NCBI RefSeq assembly: GCF_006345805.1
Contig: NC_042997.1
Coordinates: 91,636,001 to 91,700,000 of the forward strand
Direction: 5' to 3'
DNA length: 64,000 bases
Source: Octopus sinensis
Lineage: Eukaryota
Shown here: in pieces, positions 14,098 to 27,164 of the stretch
Layout: each line of letters opens with the position of its first letter
How positions within the stretch are numbered: the first letter of the stretch is position 1
Translations under genes and position numbers: made by a program
Notes under the pieces: generated by a model
Database searches by the model: none
The model's input: the letters and a program-made list of their open reading frames with translations, nothing else
What the model was told of the DNA's origin: nothing

Positions 14098-14310
14098 ATC
14101 ATCATCGTTTAACGTCCATTTTCCATGCTAGCATGGGTTGGAAGGTTCGACCGGGGTCTGGGAAGTCATGAGGCTGCACCAGGCTCCAGTCTGATCTGGC
14201 AGTGTTTCTACAGCTAGATGCCCTTCCTAACGCCAACCACTCCATGAGTGTAGTGGGTACTTTTTACGTGCCACTGGCACAGGCGCCAGGGGAGGCTGGC
14301 AACGGCCATG
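14098..14310 (-). mobile_element. SINE/LINE tail of the RTE-associated family
   Basis: Reverse of gtggttggcgttaggaagggcatc...catgctagcatggaaaatggacgttaaacgatgatgat; related copies at about 7325..7510, 25340..25508 and 27210..27275. Confidence 0.75.
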
Positions 14311-15897
14311 ATCAGCTGGTGCTTATTTACACACACACACACACATTCTTTAATTTGTTGGTCTGATGAGAGGTAGCCAGAGAAATGAAGAATAAGAGAA
14401 TTAGAGGAGGCTAAAATATTCATACATGTAAAATCAGCATGTTATAGAAGGCTATGACAATGTACACTGATATTGTTTTTTACATATTCCACAAGGCATC
14501 ATACAAACTTGAACACTCATCTATTCCTATATATATTTATACATACATATATTTGTACAAACAACAAACATTAAGCAACGATATTAAATATGAACATACC
14601 TAACAATACAGATACACAAAATGATGAAACATATCACCAATCTGTGGTTATCAATAATTCTTTTCATTTTTACTTTCCTTCCTGTCCTAAAGAATACGTA
14701 TATCCTGTCAGACCAGGTAGGAGTATCGTGTGCTGTGATATTGATGCATGTTTTGGATTTGCTGTGGTCTCAGAATGTCACATCATAGTCTTATTTGGTT
14801 TTCATTTTTGTTTCTTTTTTTTTTTTAATTATTTAGTAATTTTATTTAGATGCTATGTATGTAGGATATTCTGTTTGAAGCTTGTAGCAGACTATCTTCT
14901 ACCTATCTCTCTCTTTCTCTCTTCTCTCTCCCTTTCTCTCTTTTTTCTTCCTCTCCTCCTCTCTTTACTTTCCTGGCGTGTTTACCCAAGATAAAAATTT
15001 GCACCTATGCATGCTGTTTGTTATGATTTATTTCTTGCACCAAAAAGGCTCCAACTTAGTAGATATTTGCTGCCTGGTTAATGAAAGTTCAACAGAGATT
15101 TTTAGAGAAAAATACACTGAAGTGGGTCTACAGTTACTGCTCTCAGGTCTACTCTAGGACTTGAACTTATCTGTGTATGTTGTTAAATGACTTAATAATT
15201 ATCCATTGTTTCCTTTCTTTAAACCACTGAAGTTTATCAAGTTTATCTACATGTTTTAATGGATTGGATTAGCCTAAGTTAAGGGAACTGATCATGGATA
15301 TTCATAGTATTGGTGACAGGACAAGAACAATTAATATCTTTGACCAGTGGTTTGACACCTCACCTACTTGTCTGCCAATCACTGACATCTAAAGTATGAG
15401 CACAGTGAAATATAAGCACCATGTTATGACAATTCAGTTTGGTAGTGAGCTACCAACACCAGAGAACTCTTAGAAAAATATATCAGCAATAGCCAAAAAT
15501 ATATATATTTGTATATTCTGTTGGTCATTGCTTTGCTCCTTATCAACCTTAATTTGAAATTGAAAATGCTTAGTAGAGGTCATTTTGGACATTTAATACC
15601 AGGTGATTAGTGGCCATTTACAACACATACTTTTATATTTACCTTATAATTTCATTCCAGTGTTACATAATATAAAATATCAAAGCCTTTCACAGTACAT
15701 TTCTCACCTATTCTTTTTTTCATTTGAACCACTATATTTTATTATAGAAATGCACTACATCAGTTTCTATCAAATGTCAATAGTTTTGTACTGACTGAAA
15801 CAGACAAACTGAGAAAAATTAGCAACATCACTAACCTTCCATTTTCTGAAGCAGAAACCATATTTAAATTGCTTTAACCATTGCTATTCACTTCCAG

Positions 15898-16109
15898 GTG
15901 AAACAGGGTCAGGAATAAGTCGGGAGCAATTCATTGGCAAAATAGCGACTGAAATTCTGAATAAGATGCCTGCTGAGTTTGATAATGACAAGATTAAGAA
16001 AAAGTTTGGTTTGAATATAACCCCAACAACTGTAGTTTTGTTGCAGGAACTTGAAAGATTCAATCTACTTATTAGACGCATTAAGAGATCTTTAACAATG
16101 TTGATCCGA
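15898..16109 (+). CDS. DNAH10: DNAH10-like exon (C-terminal domain); missed by the ORF track
   Basis: cttccAG acceptor, GTAAGT donor. (S)ETGSGISREQFIGKIATEILNKMP...TPTTVVLLQELERFNLLIRRIKRSLTMLIR; phase 1/0. Confidence 0.93.
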
Positions 16110-16274
16110 GTAAGTAAAAGTTTAGCCCTTTAACTATGAAATTGAATTCCACAATTATTAGATGTCTACCAAAAAATAGAATTGATGTTTTTGAAAGTCA
16201 CATTGCCTTAATAAACTTGACATATTTCAACAAAAATATAGCTTCAAATATGACATTTTTCAATAAAAGATATA

Positions 16275-16652
16275 TCTTTATATATAAAAGAGAGGTTGTG
16301 TGATGTCTGTCTCCTACGATTTATATTCCTAACTACTCCCACATTTTGCGGTGCAGTTTAACCAAAACCGGGTATCTTATAGTCGTGATTCATATTGAGC
16401 CCTTCTGGGTATTAGCGCGTGTCTACGATGAGTCTACAATTTAAAAAGAAAATTTACCATCAATTTTTCCCATTTTTAATGCATTTTTGGCATATATAAG
16501 GGAAGTAACTCTCTAAAAATTTATTATTAAATCTCAGAACGTAAAAAGCTACAGTAACACCCCCCCTTTGTGGTTAGCCATATTGAGATGGCTATTATAC
16601 TTTACATCTCTAAAAATGCTTATATAGTTATTTCCCTTACAAACCCGAGCAA
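16275..16652 (+). mobile_element. Non-autonomous Helitron-like repeat, 3'-truncated
   Basis: Starts TC..TATATATAAAA, ends in AACCCGAGCAA (half of a GC hairpin); retains CpGs unlike its flanks. Class is inferred. Confidence 0.4.
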
Positions 16653-17140
16653 GTTGGTATATAAAACTGCTTTCTGCAGTTAAGGGTAATGAAATTTTGT
16701 GTGGATATATCGTATATTTCTGCAATGAAAAGATAAAATAGTTGTTATTCTGTTGCTTTCACTCTTAGTAGTTTTATTACTTGCATCTCTTGTACATCTT
16801 AGAAAATAGTCCTTCTGTATCTTTCAGTGTCACAGTTATATGTAAAGTAGCATCACCACCTAGAATGGAACATTAGATGTAAAATATCAAATAATAATAA
16901 TAATAATGATGCTTTAAAATTTTGGCAGAAAGCCAGCAATTTTAGGAGAAGAGGTAAATATCATCAAACCCAATGCTTGACTAATACTGATTTAATTGAT
17001 CCCCAACAAGATGAAAGGCAAAGTCAACCTCTACAGTATTTAAACCCAGACTGTAAAGCCAGAAGAAATGCTGATAAGCATTTTGTCTGGCACAGTAACA
17101 ATTCTGCCAGCCTGCATTATTATTTTTATCATTATTATTG

Positions 17141-17169
<29 letters not shown>

Positions 17170-17171
<2 letters not shown>

Positions 17172-17479
17172 GACTCTTGGATAGTTCTTAATTACTGGTT
17201 GTTCTTTACTTGAAAGCAGGCAATGACAAATCCCCAAAGGTTTCAAGTCGTGTTTTTTCCTGTGACTCAAAGAAACAGTACTCTCCTTAGATGTGAGCTG
17301 TACCAAACATATTCTGTCTTCTGGGTCTCTTCGAACCTAGCAGCAGCTCCAATAGTCTTAATATGTTTTTCAAAGCTGTTGGAAACTGCTCCTAATGCTC
17401 CAATTACCACCAGTATCACCATTACTCTCCTCATGCCCCATAACTTTCCTATCTTGTCCTGCAGTGGCTGCTATTTCTC

Positions 17480-17480
<1 letters not shown>
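17170..17480 (-). mobile_element. R4/Dong-type LINE 3' end within a (TAA)n microsatellite
   Basis: Minus strand WGMRRVMVILVVIGALGAV...QKT..FGTAHILRRVL, the typical end of an R4/Dong ORF; (TAT)n tracts on both sides (17134-17170, 17483-17530). Confidence 0.7.
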
Positions 17481-17530
<50 letters not shown>

Positions 17531-17531
<1 letters not shown>

Positions 17532-18040
17532 GGTGGTGAGCTGAGAGAATCATTAGTATGCTGGAAAAAATGCTTAGTGCCACTTCTTCCATCTTTTAGA
17601 TTCTGAGTTCAAATTCTGCGTAGTCAAATTTACCTTTCGTCCTTTTGGGGTCAATGAAATAAGTACCAGTTGAACTCTGGTGTTGATGTGATCGACTAGA
17701 ACCCCCTCCCCCAAAATTTCAGGCCTTGTGCCTTTAGTAGAAAGGATTATTATTGAAGTAGCATAAATATTTCTCCTCCCCCCAAATTTCAGGCCTTGTA
17801 CCTTGAGTAGAAAGGATTTTTATTATTTTAAAAGGCAGCAAGCTGGCAGAATCATTAGCACGCTGAACAAAATGCTTAGTGGCATTTCATCTGTCTGCAT
17901 GTTTTGGGTTCAAATTCCGCCAAGGTCGACTTTGTCTTTCATCCTTTCAGGGATCAATAAATTAAGTAGCACTTGAACACTGGAGTCAATGAAATCAACT
18001 AGCACCCTCCCCCAAAATTCCTGGCCTTGTGCCAAAATTT
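17531..18040 (+). mobile_element. Two tandem copies of an abundant tRNA-derived SINE
   Basis: aggtggtgagctg(g)cagaatc...ttctgagttcaaatt...tttcatcctttc...aagtacc family at about 17531..17750 and 17832..18040; at least ten more copies in the window. Confidence 0.8.
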
Positions 18041-18419
18041 GAAATCATCATCATCATTATTATTATTATTAACAACAACAACATAACACTACTACTAATA
18101 ATAATGATACTACTACAAAGAAATCGTACTGTTCTAATCTACATACTAACATAAAACATGGAACTCATACTATTCTAAGCTATTCATTTTTATACTCAGG
18201 TTTTCACCAGTCATTGTAATCCCCACTCCCTACTCGTGCCTTCATGGTAATACCTGACCACGTATACTATGACCTCTGTATCTTTTTCTTCCTTACTCTA
18301 CCATCACATCTATGCTCTGATCCTTGTTACTTGTAAGTATACCCTTTACCATCTCTCTCCTGTTTTCTCTTGAACTTTTGTTGTTTCCCACACTCTCTCT
18401 TTCCCTTGCTCTTCCCTCT

Positions 18420-18790
18420 GACTGGGTAGCCATGTATCTCCTCTACAGCAGCACACTTGTTTCTGCCTTCATTCTTGATCACACTCTCTCTCCTTCTCTT
18501 GCTTTTCCCTCTAGCTAGGTAACCAAGTATCTCCTCTACATCAGCACACCTGTTTCTATCCTCTTTCTTGTACCTCTCTCTCTCTCCCTCACTGAGTAAC
18601 CATGTACCTCCTCCATAGCAAGATACCTGTTTCTACCACTTTATTTCTGTGTCATGCTCTAATCTTTCATCATGTGACACTGGATCATCTCCACCAGTAC
18701 CCCCTCCATTATAGCAAGACACCTGTTTCTGCCTCTCTGTATCTCTGTCACACTCTAAGCTTTAATCATCTGACACATATTCCCTCATCA
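18420..18790. repeat. Degenerate minisatellite, about 80-95 bp unit, about 4 copies
   Basis: Recurring gtaaccatgtatctcctctacagcagcacacctgtttct motif at about 18427, 18518, 18596 and 18690. Confidence 0.6.
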
Positions 18791-18938
18791 AATGTCCCTG
18801 CTTCTCTCAAAATACTTCATCTTGCTAGTTACTTGATGTTAAATGATGATGATGATGTTGAATAAAAAAAATGCACAATAGCTACATGCATTTTGTTTCT
18901 GCAATGATCTTTTTCTGATTTTTTTTTTTTTAATAAAG

Positions 18939-19106
18939 GCATTGAATGGGGAAGTTGGAATGAGCAGTGAACTAGATGATGTTGCTAGATGTCTGTTTAA
19001 TGGAGCTATTCCAAGTATTTGGCGAAGACTGGCCCCACCTACTTTGAAAACACTTGGAAATTGGATGGCTCACTTTGAAAAACGATACAGACAATACAAT
19101 GGTTGG
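18939..19106 (+). CDS. DNAH10: DNAH10-like exon
   Basis: Poly-T tract then taaAG acceptor, GTGAGC donor. ALNGEVGMSSELDDVARCLFNGAIPSIWRRLAPPTLKTLGNW...YNGW; phase 0/0. Confidence 0.95.
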
Positions 19107-19457
19107 GTGAGCTACTTTCTATCTTAACCATTTTGATACCTGTCTGCCTGAAACTACCCCTGGTTCCATGATTCAAACTGCTTGTCTTTAAGTGAACTAA
19201 TTTTGTGTTAATTTATATTCCAGAAACCCAACATAATAATGACAAAGATAAATTCTTTATTGTTTACAGAATCAATTGAAACAAATGCAGTATATCTCAA
19301 CAGAAATATAACAAAACAGTTAAAGCACTGATTAAAAAATATTTTTAATTGTTTTCCTTCTTCAACTGTTTCAATTATTGCAGCTCTCTAGTGTTGCTTC
19401 TCTCCATGAATCCCATAGATCAAACAATTATTTTTCATCTATATTCTTATTATCCAG

Positions 19458-19638
19458 GTAAATGATGGTGAACCACATGCAATGTGGTTGTCTGGCTTGC
19501 ATATTCCAGAATCCTATCTAACAGCATTGGTACAAGCAACTTGCCGGAAGAATGGATGGCCACTGGACAAATCAACATTGTTTACATCAGTAACTCAGTA
19601 TCCAACTATAGATGATCTTACAGACAGATCACACATAG
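19458..19638 (+). CDS. DNAH10: DNAH10-like exon
   Basis: tccAG acceptor, GTAACC donor. VNDGEPHAMWLSGLHIPESYLTALVQATCRKNGWPLDKSTLFT...DRSHI; phase 0/1. Confidence 0.95.
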
Positions 19639-19841
19639 GTAACCTCAGTACCAGTATTTTTGTAGCTTCAGATAACAAAAGTTTACTTGTATCCAGGGCC
19701 AGATCTTATGTATGAGCCAATATAAGCCATGGCTCAGAAGCCCCTTGAACTCAGAGAAGCATAAAGCTTGTAGTTAAAAATGAAAAAATATATTTCCAGC
19801 AATCAGATATATAATTTATAATTTAATAAAAAAGTGTCTAA

Positions 19842-20392
19842 TAGAATTCTTGGCAGAATTCTGGTTTAAGCAACCCTTATACCCACTCATGGAATTTTCA
19901 GAAAACTTTTGTGAATTTGTGTTCTACACAGGGGATTTCATATGATTTTGAAAAAAAAATTATTTAAAAAATTCTTCAAAACCTCATCCCCCATAAATCC
20001 TAAAAGTTTTGCTACTTTACAAATTTAAAAAAAAATCAGAGTTTAAAATATGGACAGTCTGAATTTTTTGCTTAAATCCCAGCAATGGGCTACTTTTCAG
20101 TGCATCACTGTTCCATTAAATGTGTTTATGGGAAGAATAATATTGAAAAGCATCAGTAAATGTCAGAGTGACAAAGAAACAAGGAAGGTATCAGGTGGTC
20201 ATGAGATGTGCTAAAAGCAACAACCAAATTGCCTTTAAATCACAATCACACATAAAATAAATTTTTCTTTGCATAATTGTATGAATTTCTGTGTGTAAAA
20301 CATGAATTCATAAAAGTTTTCTGAAAATTCTCAAAATTAAAGAAGTTATGAGGAGTTATATGGGATGCTTAATCCAGAATTCCATCAAATTC
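19842..20392. mobile_element. Old MITE with about 100-bp degenerate TIRs
   Basis: gaattctggtttaagca...gaattttcagaaaacttttgtgaatt is mirrored by aattcataaaagttttctgaaaattc...tgcttaatccagaattc. Confidence 0.55.
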
Positions 20393-21704
20393 TTTCAAAA
20401 TTATTAAGCCATCTTTTGATTTATTGAGCTTGTTTAGATTTTAAAAGCCCTTTTAAGTTTTGGAGTCCTTTTTATCATCTTATGTTTTGAATTAGATAAA
20501 TATTTGGGACCTCCAAAACCTATTGGCCTAGGAGTCTACTGGGTTTTTAATCCAGCTCTGCTTGTATCTGACAGATGGGAAGGGGTAATCAAAATTGTTG
20601 ATGTTGAGTTTGAAAAGACTGAGGTATTGCGAAAATACATGAATGTATCTTTTATCTTTTATTTGTTTCAGTCATTAGACTGTGGCCATGCTGGGGCACT
20701 GCCTTGAAGAATTTTAGTCAAATGAATCGACCTCAGTACTTTTTTTTTAAGCCTGGTACTTATTCAATTGACTGCTTTTGCTGAACTGCTAAGTTACAAG
20801 GATGTAAACACACCAACACCAGTTTATTAAGTGGTGATGGGGGAACAAACACAGACACAAAGACACACACTCATAGACATATGCATATATTTATATATAT
20901 ATATATATATATATATACAACTTATAAACAAGGGCTACAGAAAATTATTTCTATGCCAATATGCTGATAACAGACTTTTAAATCGTCAATTTCCACATAT
21001 TATTTACTCTCTACAGAAAATATGTAGAGCTGAATCGAGGAAAGCTAGCCAACAGGATTTTAAAAAAAAAGTTTGTTATTTCTATATTGAATCAATTTCG
21101 GAATTAATCTCATAATAGATTTTTTCCTCCTCAGTAGAAAATATAATTTTAACCTTAAAGGTATTTTAATATGCTGCCACATTTTTTGATGAAGTTCTTT
21201 TCTGTAAAAACACTTTGTCCTATATTAATATATATATATATATACGTAAAATATATATGGGGTGGTGAGTTTTTTTAGTTGAAAATTCACCACTAGTGGT
21301 CTAGCATGTATAAAAAGTCAATAGACAACATATTCTCAATATAAAATAGTGTACATAGAAAACTGCCTTCAACAGGCAGTTTTTACACTCTCGAAGAAGT
21401 AGTCAAAACGACCAAAACCACATTTAAGAGCAATCTTCAAAAGGAATGAAAAATATAAAAAACTTTTACTTGTTATTTTATTCCGGTCAGATCTAGGTTT
21501 CTAAATTTTTTTAGCAAATAAAATAATTTGCTAGGGGAAATTTTTCATCAGTGACCGTGCCATAACACTAACATATAATTAAGAGACGATTAACACATGT
21601 CTCTTCGTTATGCATTATAATTTTTCAAATTCACAGTGCAGTATATATATATATATATATTATATATATATATAATATATATATATATACACACACATAT
21701 ATAT

Positions 21705-21920
21705 ATCAAAATATTAATTTGAAAGATACAAGTTCCTAGGTCAATAACACTCCTCATCAAAGCTGATACATATCTAAACACTGAGTCATTATAAGCATGT
21801 GAACACATAAAGTAAAAGATATAATGACTTACATACGCCCTCTGTGTTTAGATATGTATCAACTTTGATGAGGAGTATTATTGACCTTGGAACTTGTCTC
21901 TTTCAAATTAATACTTTGAT
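21705..21920. repeat. Inverted repeat, 77-bp arms and 62-bp spacer
   Basis: 21705..21781 versus the reverse complement of 21844..21920: 5 mismatches. Confidence 0.9.
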
Positions 21921-21989
21921 CTAATTGCTCAATAAATTGAGCCTTAAAGTTGTTACTTGAAAAGAGTTCGCTTCTATAATTTTTCATTA

Positions 21990-22032
<43 letters not shown>

Positions 22033-22149
22033 TGAAGAGACCTATTGTGTCAACATCAAAGTAAAAATCGAATGGATATTGTAGTTGTGATACCTGTGCC
22101 AGTGGCATGTAGGGCCTCACAGAGGAAATGATGAAGACCGAGACCTCTG

Positions 22150-25100
22150 AGATGGAGTAGGAGGTGTAGGCATACTCCTTGCAGAGAAATGGATAGATAA
22201 GGTCATAGAGGTAGTCAGAGTATGTGATAGAGTGTTTAAGCTCAGGCTAGTCTTGCAGAATAGTAAGGATCACTTTTATGATACCCTTCCACAGGCTAGC
22301 TCAAAGATGAGTGACAATGACCCCATCTTTGTGGCTGGAGATTTTAATGGGCATGCTGAATGGTGATCTGGTATCTTCCATGGTGTTCATGGAGGCCATG
22401 GAATTGGTTCCAGAAATGAAGAGGGAACTAGGCTACTGGAGTTCTGTGATGCAAGCAACCTATTAATCTGCAGCACCAACTTCAGGAAGCCAGACAGTCA
22501 CCTGATAACCTATCAATCAGGTGACTCTGCTAGCCAGATTGATTTCATTCTCACCAGATAGCTGGATGAAAGGTTGCTCTTAAATACAAAGACCCTCCCT
22601 GGTGGAGAATGTACCCCACCAGCATAGACTAGTCATTAGTGACTTTAGACTCGAGGCCAGAAGATACCAAGAAGCAGACCAATCCAGAAAAAAAGGATTT
22701 GGAAGCGAAAGAACCCTTCACATGGTCAGAGATATAGGGACATCCTCATTGAGAAATTTGATGAGAGGGAGGAGGAGCTACAGGCTTGGGACATAGAGCG
22801 TAATTGGAAATTCCTGTGGGACAGCTTGCTAAGAACCACAGACCAAATCTGTGGCTGGTGCAGTGTCCCTTCCAGACCTAGGGTTACGTGGTGGTGGTGG
22901 AATAATATGGTAGACAAGGCCATTAGAGTAAAGAAACAGGCCTGGAAAACGTGGAAGAGTGGGGGTAGCAGGGAACTGTACCAGATAGCCAGAAGGGAGG
23001 CTGGAAGATAGGTATATATAGCCAAAGGAAAAGCAGAAAAGAAAAAGTTTGCCAATGTTCAGCTACGTGAGGACCAAAGAACAGAAGTATTTGGGATTGC
23101 AAGACAGTGTGTGAGAAAATATTGTAATGCTACAGGAGAGAAATTTGTCAGCATGGATGATGGTGCATTTGCTTTTAATGATTCTTCAAAGAAAGAGGCT
23201 TGGAGATGCCATCATGAAAGGCTACTGAATGTAGAGAATAAATGGGAGGAGGAGAGCCTGCCAAATGTTGATCCAGTCGAGGGACCAGCTACCCAATTGA
23301 CAGCACCCTGGTAGATAAAGCAATTAAGGATATGAAGTTAAGAAAAGCCCCTGGCCCATCAGGAATCACTGCTGAGATGCTTAGAGTATCTGGTGGTGTG
23401 GGTCATGGTTTAGTCACCTGAATTGTAAACCAGGTAGTTCACAAAGGAGTCATACCCAACTGCTACAAAGGTAAAGGTAATGCTTTAGATAGAAATGACT
23501 ACAGGCGTATCAAACTGCTGGAGCAGGTGATGAAGGTCAAAGCCCAATTAATTAGGGAGAGAGTTTGCTTAGATGAGATTCAGTTTGGTTTTGTGCCAGG
23601 TAGAAGCACCACTGATGCTATTATATTCCTGGTAAGGCAACTGCAGGAGAAATACCTAGCCAAAGATAAATCCTATACTTGGCTTTTGTTGACTTGGAGA
23701 AAGCCTTTGACAGGGTCCCTCATTCCCTTATCTGGTGGGCAATAACAAAACTAGGGATAGACAAGTGGTTAATAAGATCTGTACAAGCTCTGTACAGGGA
23801 TGCTGTCAGTAAGGCAAGGGTCAGCAATGAGTTCAGTGAAGAATTCCAGGTAGAAATAGCAATTCACCAAGGATCAGCCCTCAGCACCCTCTTATTCATC
23901 ATAGTCCTCTAGGCAATAATAGAGGAATTCAAGACAGGCTGCTCCTGGGAGCTCCTCTATGCTTATGACCTTGTTCTTGTAGTGGAATCACTACCAGAAC
24001 TAGAGAAGAAATTTCAGATGTGGAAGCAAGGTTTAGAATTGAAGAGCCTTAGAGTCATTGTTGCAAAAACCAAAGCCCTAGTAAGTAGGAAGGTGAACAC
24101 ATCACAAACCCCTTCAGGTAGATGGCCTTGCACAATCTGTAGAAAAGGTGGAGGTAAAAACTCCATAAGATGTACCCAGTGTATGCTATAGACACATAAG
24201 AGGTGCAGCAACATCAAAGGAAGGTTAACCAGGATGATAGCTTTTGTGTGCGGCAGATGCACATGGGCAATAAACACCGAAGATGCTCAGAAAACAGATT
24301 CCATCACATGCCAGGGGAAGAAACTAGAAGTGGTTGATAGCTTCCACTATTTAAGTAACCAAGTCTGTAGTGGGGGTGGATGCTTGGAGAGCGTTGCCAT
24401 TGGAATAAGAATAGCCAGGGCAAAGTTCAAAAAGCTCCTACCTCTACTGGTGACAAAGGGCCTCTTGCTCAGAGTGAAAGGTAGACTGCATGATGCATGT
24501 GTGCATACTGCCATGCTACACGGTAGTGAAACATGGGCCATGGCTGTTGAGGACATACGTTGGCTTGAAAGAAATGAAGCTAGTATGATCTGCTGGATGT
24601 GTAATGTCAGTGTGCACACACAACAGAATGTAAGTGCCCTGAGAGAAATGTTAGACATAAAAAGCATCAGACGTGGTATGCAAGAGTCACGACTGTGCTA
24701 GTATGGTTATATGCTGCTTATGGATGAGGAGAGCTGTGTGAAGAAGTGTCACTCCTTGACTGTGGAAAGAACCTGTGGAAGAGGGAAAACCAGGAAGACA
24801 TGGGATGAGGTGGTGAAGCATGGCCTTCGAACGTTGGGCCTCACAGAGGTAATGAAAAGAGACTGAGACCTCTGGAGATATGCTGTGATTGAGAAGACCT
24901 GGCAAATAAAGTGAGATCACAGCTGTATCCTATACCAGTGTCGCATAACCAGCCCATTTAAAAAGTACCTTTGAGATGTCAGGTGACACACTGTGCTTGA
25001 GGAGACCTATTGCATCAAGTAAAATTAAAAATCAAAATCAAATCACAATCAGAATCTCAGTCAAATCGAAATCAAAAATGGAAATTGTAGTTGTGGCTGA

Positions 25101-25508
25101 TGCCAGTGCCACCTGTTTGCGCCCATGCTGGTGGAACGCAATAAGCACCATTTATGCGTGGGTTGTTTCCAGTGCTGTCTGACTGGCTCCCCATGCCTGT
25201 GACATGTAAAAAGCACCATCTGAATGTGGTCAATGCCAGCCCCCACGCTCACCCCAACTCTGACTGGTTCCTGTGCCAGTGACGCGTAAAAAACACCATC
25301 CAAACATGACTGATGCCAGTGCCTCCTGACTGTGTCCCATGCCGGTGGCATGTAAAAACCACCCACTACACTCTCGGAGTGGTTGGCATTAGGAAGGGCA
25401 TCCAGCTGTAGAAACATTACCTGATTAGATTGGAACCTAGCTTGTCAATCCCCAGTCAAACCATACAACCCATGCTAGCATAGAAAACGGACGTTAAATG
25501 ATGATGAG
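22150..25508 (+). mobile_element. Decayed RTE-clade LINE (APE endonuclease plus RT) with 3' tail
   Basis: AGDFNGH, SQIDFIL, HRLVISDF (APE); KAPGPSGI, QFGFVPGRSTTDAI, AFVDLEKAFDRVP, HQGSALS, LLYAYDL (RT); many stops and frameshifts; 3' tail ending gttaaatgatgatga. Confidence 0.92.
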
Positions 25509-25529
25509 GATAAATATATGTGTATATAT

Positions 25530-25586
<57 letters not shown>

Positions 25587-26189
25587 CAGGCTTCTTTCAG
25601 TTTCCATCTGCCAAATCCACTCACAAGGCTTTGGTAGGCCCAAAGTTTTAGTAGAAGACACTTGTGCAAGGTGTCACATTGTGGGACTGAACCTGGAACC
25701 ATGTGGTTGGGAAGCAAACTTCTTACCACACAGCCACGCCTGCATAGTGATGACACATGCAGGACATAGTGCTGGAAGTTTCATATAGAATGGATGAAAC
25801 TTAATGTTTGATGGAGGGTTGTGTGGTATAAAGAAGACTAAATTTGGGACAAGAGTAAAAGCTGGATTCAAGAGGGGTACTGCCACTGAAGGGAATAATT
25901 CATTACAAGAGAGAGAAGGAAGAAGGAGGTGGAGAGAGAAATCAGAATAGTATGATGGGCTGCGGAAGTTTTCAGTAAGAGAGAACTTATTGATCAATCT
26001 GATGAACGTATTTCTCTAAATACAGTCTAAGTGATATGTTGTTTTAGAATGAAATGATTCTTGTGTGCCATTAACTAGAGCTGGTAACATCTGGTGTTTA
26101 TCTATGCTTTTTTATTGTACTGAAAAAAAAAAAGATCAAAAATATAATTGGCAGACTTCATAATGGAATATGTATACACGTACATAGTT

Positions 26190-26197
26190 CATTACTT

Positions 26198-26239
<42 letters not shown>

Positions 26240-26268
26240 CATAATATAAATGTATGTATAAATATGTA

Positions 26269-26350
<82 letters not shown>

Positions 26351-26412
26351 ATGTATGTATGTATGCATGTATGTATGTATGCATGTATTATGTATGTATG
26401 TATGTATGCATG

Positions 26413-26460
<48 letters not shown>

Positions 26461-26464
26461 TATA

Positions 26465-26518
<54 letters not shown>

Positions 26519-26560
26519 ATGTATGTATACATGTATATATATATATGTGTGTATGTATGC

Positions 26561-26622
<62 letters not shown>

Positions 26623-26634
26623 CATATAGATATA

Positions 26635-26668
<34 letters not shown>

Positions 26669-26670
26669 AG
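26190..26670. repeat. Compound (TA)n/(TGTA)n microsatellite
   Basis: About 480 bp of TA, TG and TGTA repeats. Similar tracts at 1321-1510, 8125-8365, 9400-9640, 52860-53050 and 61930-62330. Confidence 0.95.
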
Positions 26671-26934
26671 TTACTGCAATATGGAAGACACATGTTAGCC
26701 ATTTAGAAACACTCAAAGAGTGTTAATTTCACTTAAACATTTATTGTTTGTAATATGGTGTCAAAATTTTTGTTGCTTAAAAATATTTAAGCAAAGTTAT
26801 CAGTCTCTGTGTGTTTCTGAATGATGGCTAACATGTGTCTTTGATGCTGCATTCGTTTTGATTTCAACACAGTCTCAGATCAAATCACTTGCATGGCAAG
26901 TACACCTCCATTATATATATATATATAAATGTGA

Positions 26935-27121
26935 CCGCATGTGTACCTTTGGCGATTTTTTTTTCCTCTGTCTTCCCTTCTCTGGATCTTTCCTTCTCCT
27001 ATGTTTCCGATGAAGAGCTTCACTCGACACGTTAAACCCTCCGTCTTCCCTTCCTTCCTGAGCGTCCAATAATACTATATTTGTTTCACATCCTTGTGTT
27101 GTTGTGTTTTCATGTTTGGAT

Positions 27122-27125
<4 letters not shown>
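26935..27125 (+). mobile_element. Penelope-type terminal-repeat fragment with a degenerate hammerhead motif
   Basis: Same family as 56400..56590 (reverse) and related to 44836..45000; abuts (TA)n. Confidence 0.55.

Positions 27126-27164
<39 letters not shown>

Noticed and set aside
25100-25380. Repeated gcacgtaaaaagcacc-like motifs with variable spacers (CRISPR-like appearance)
   Set aside because: Degenerate internal repeats of the RTE/SINE 3' region in a eukaryote; no constant repeat-spacer geometry and no cas genes.
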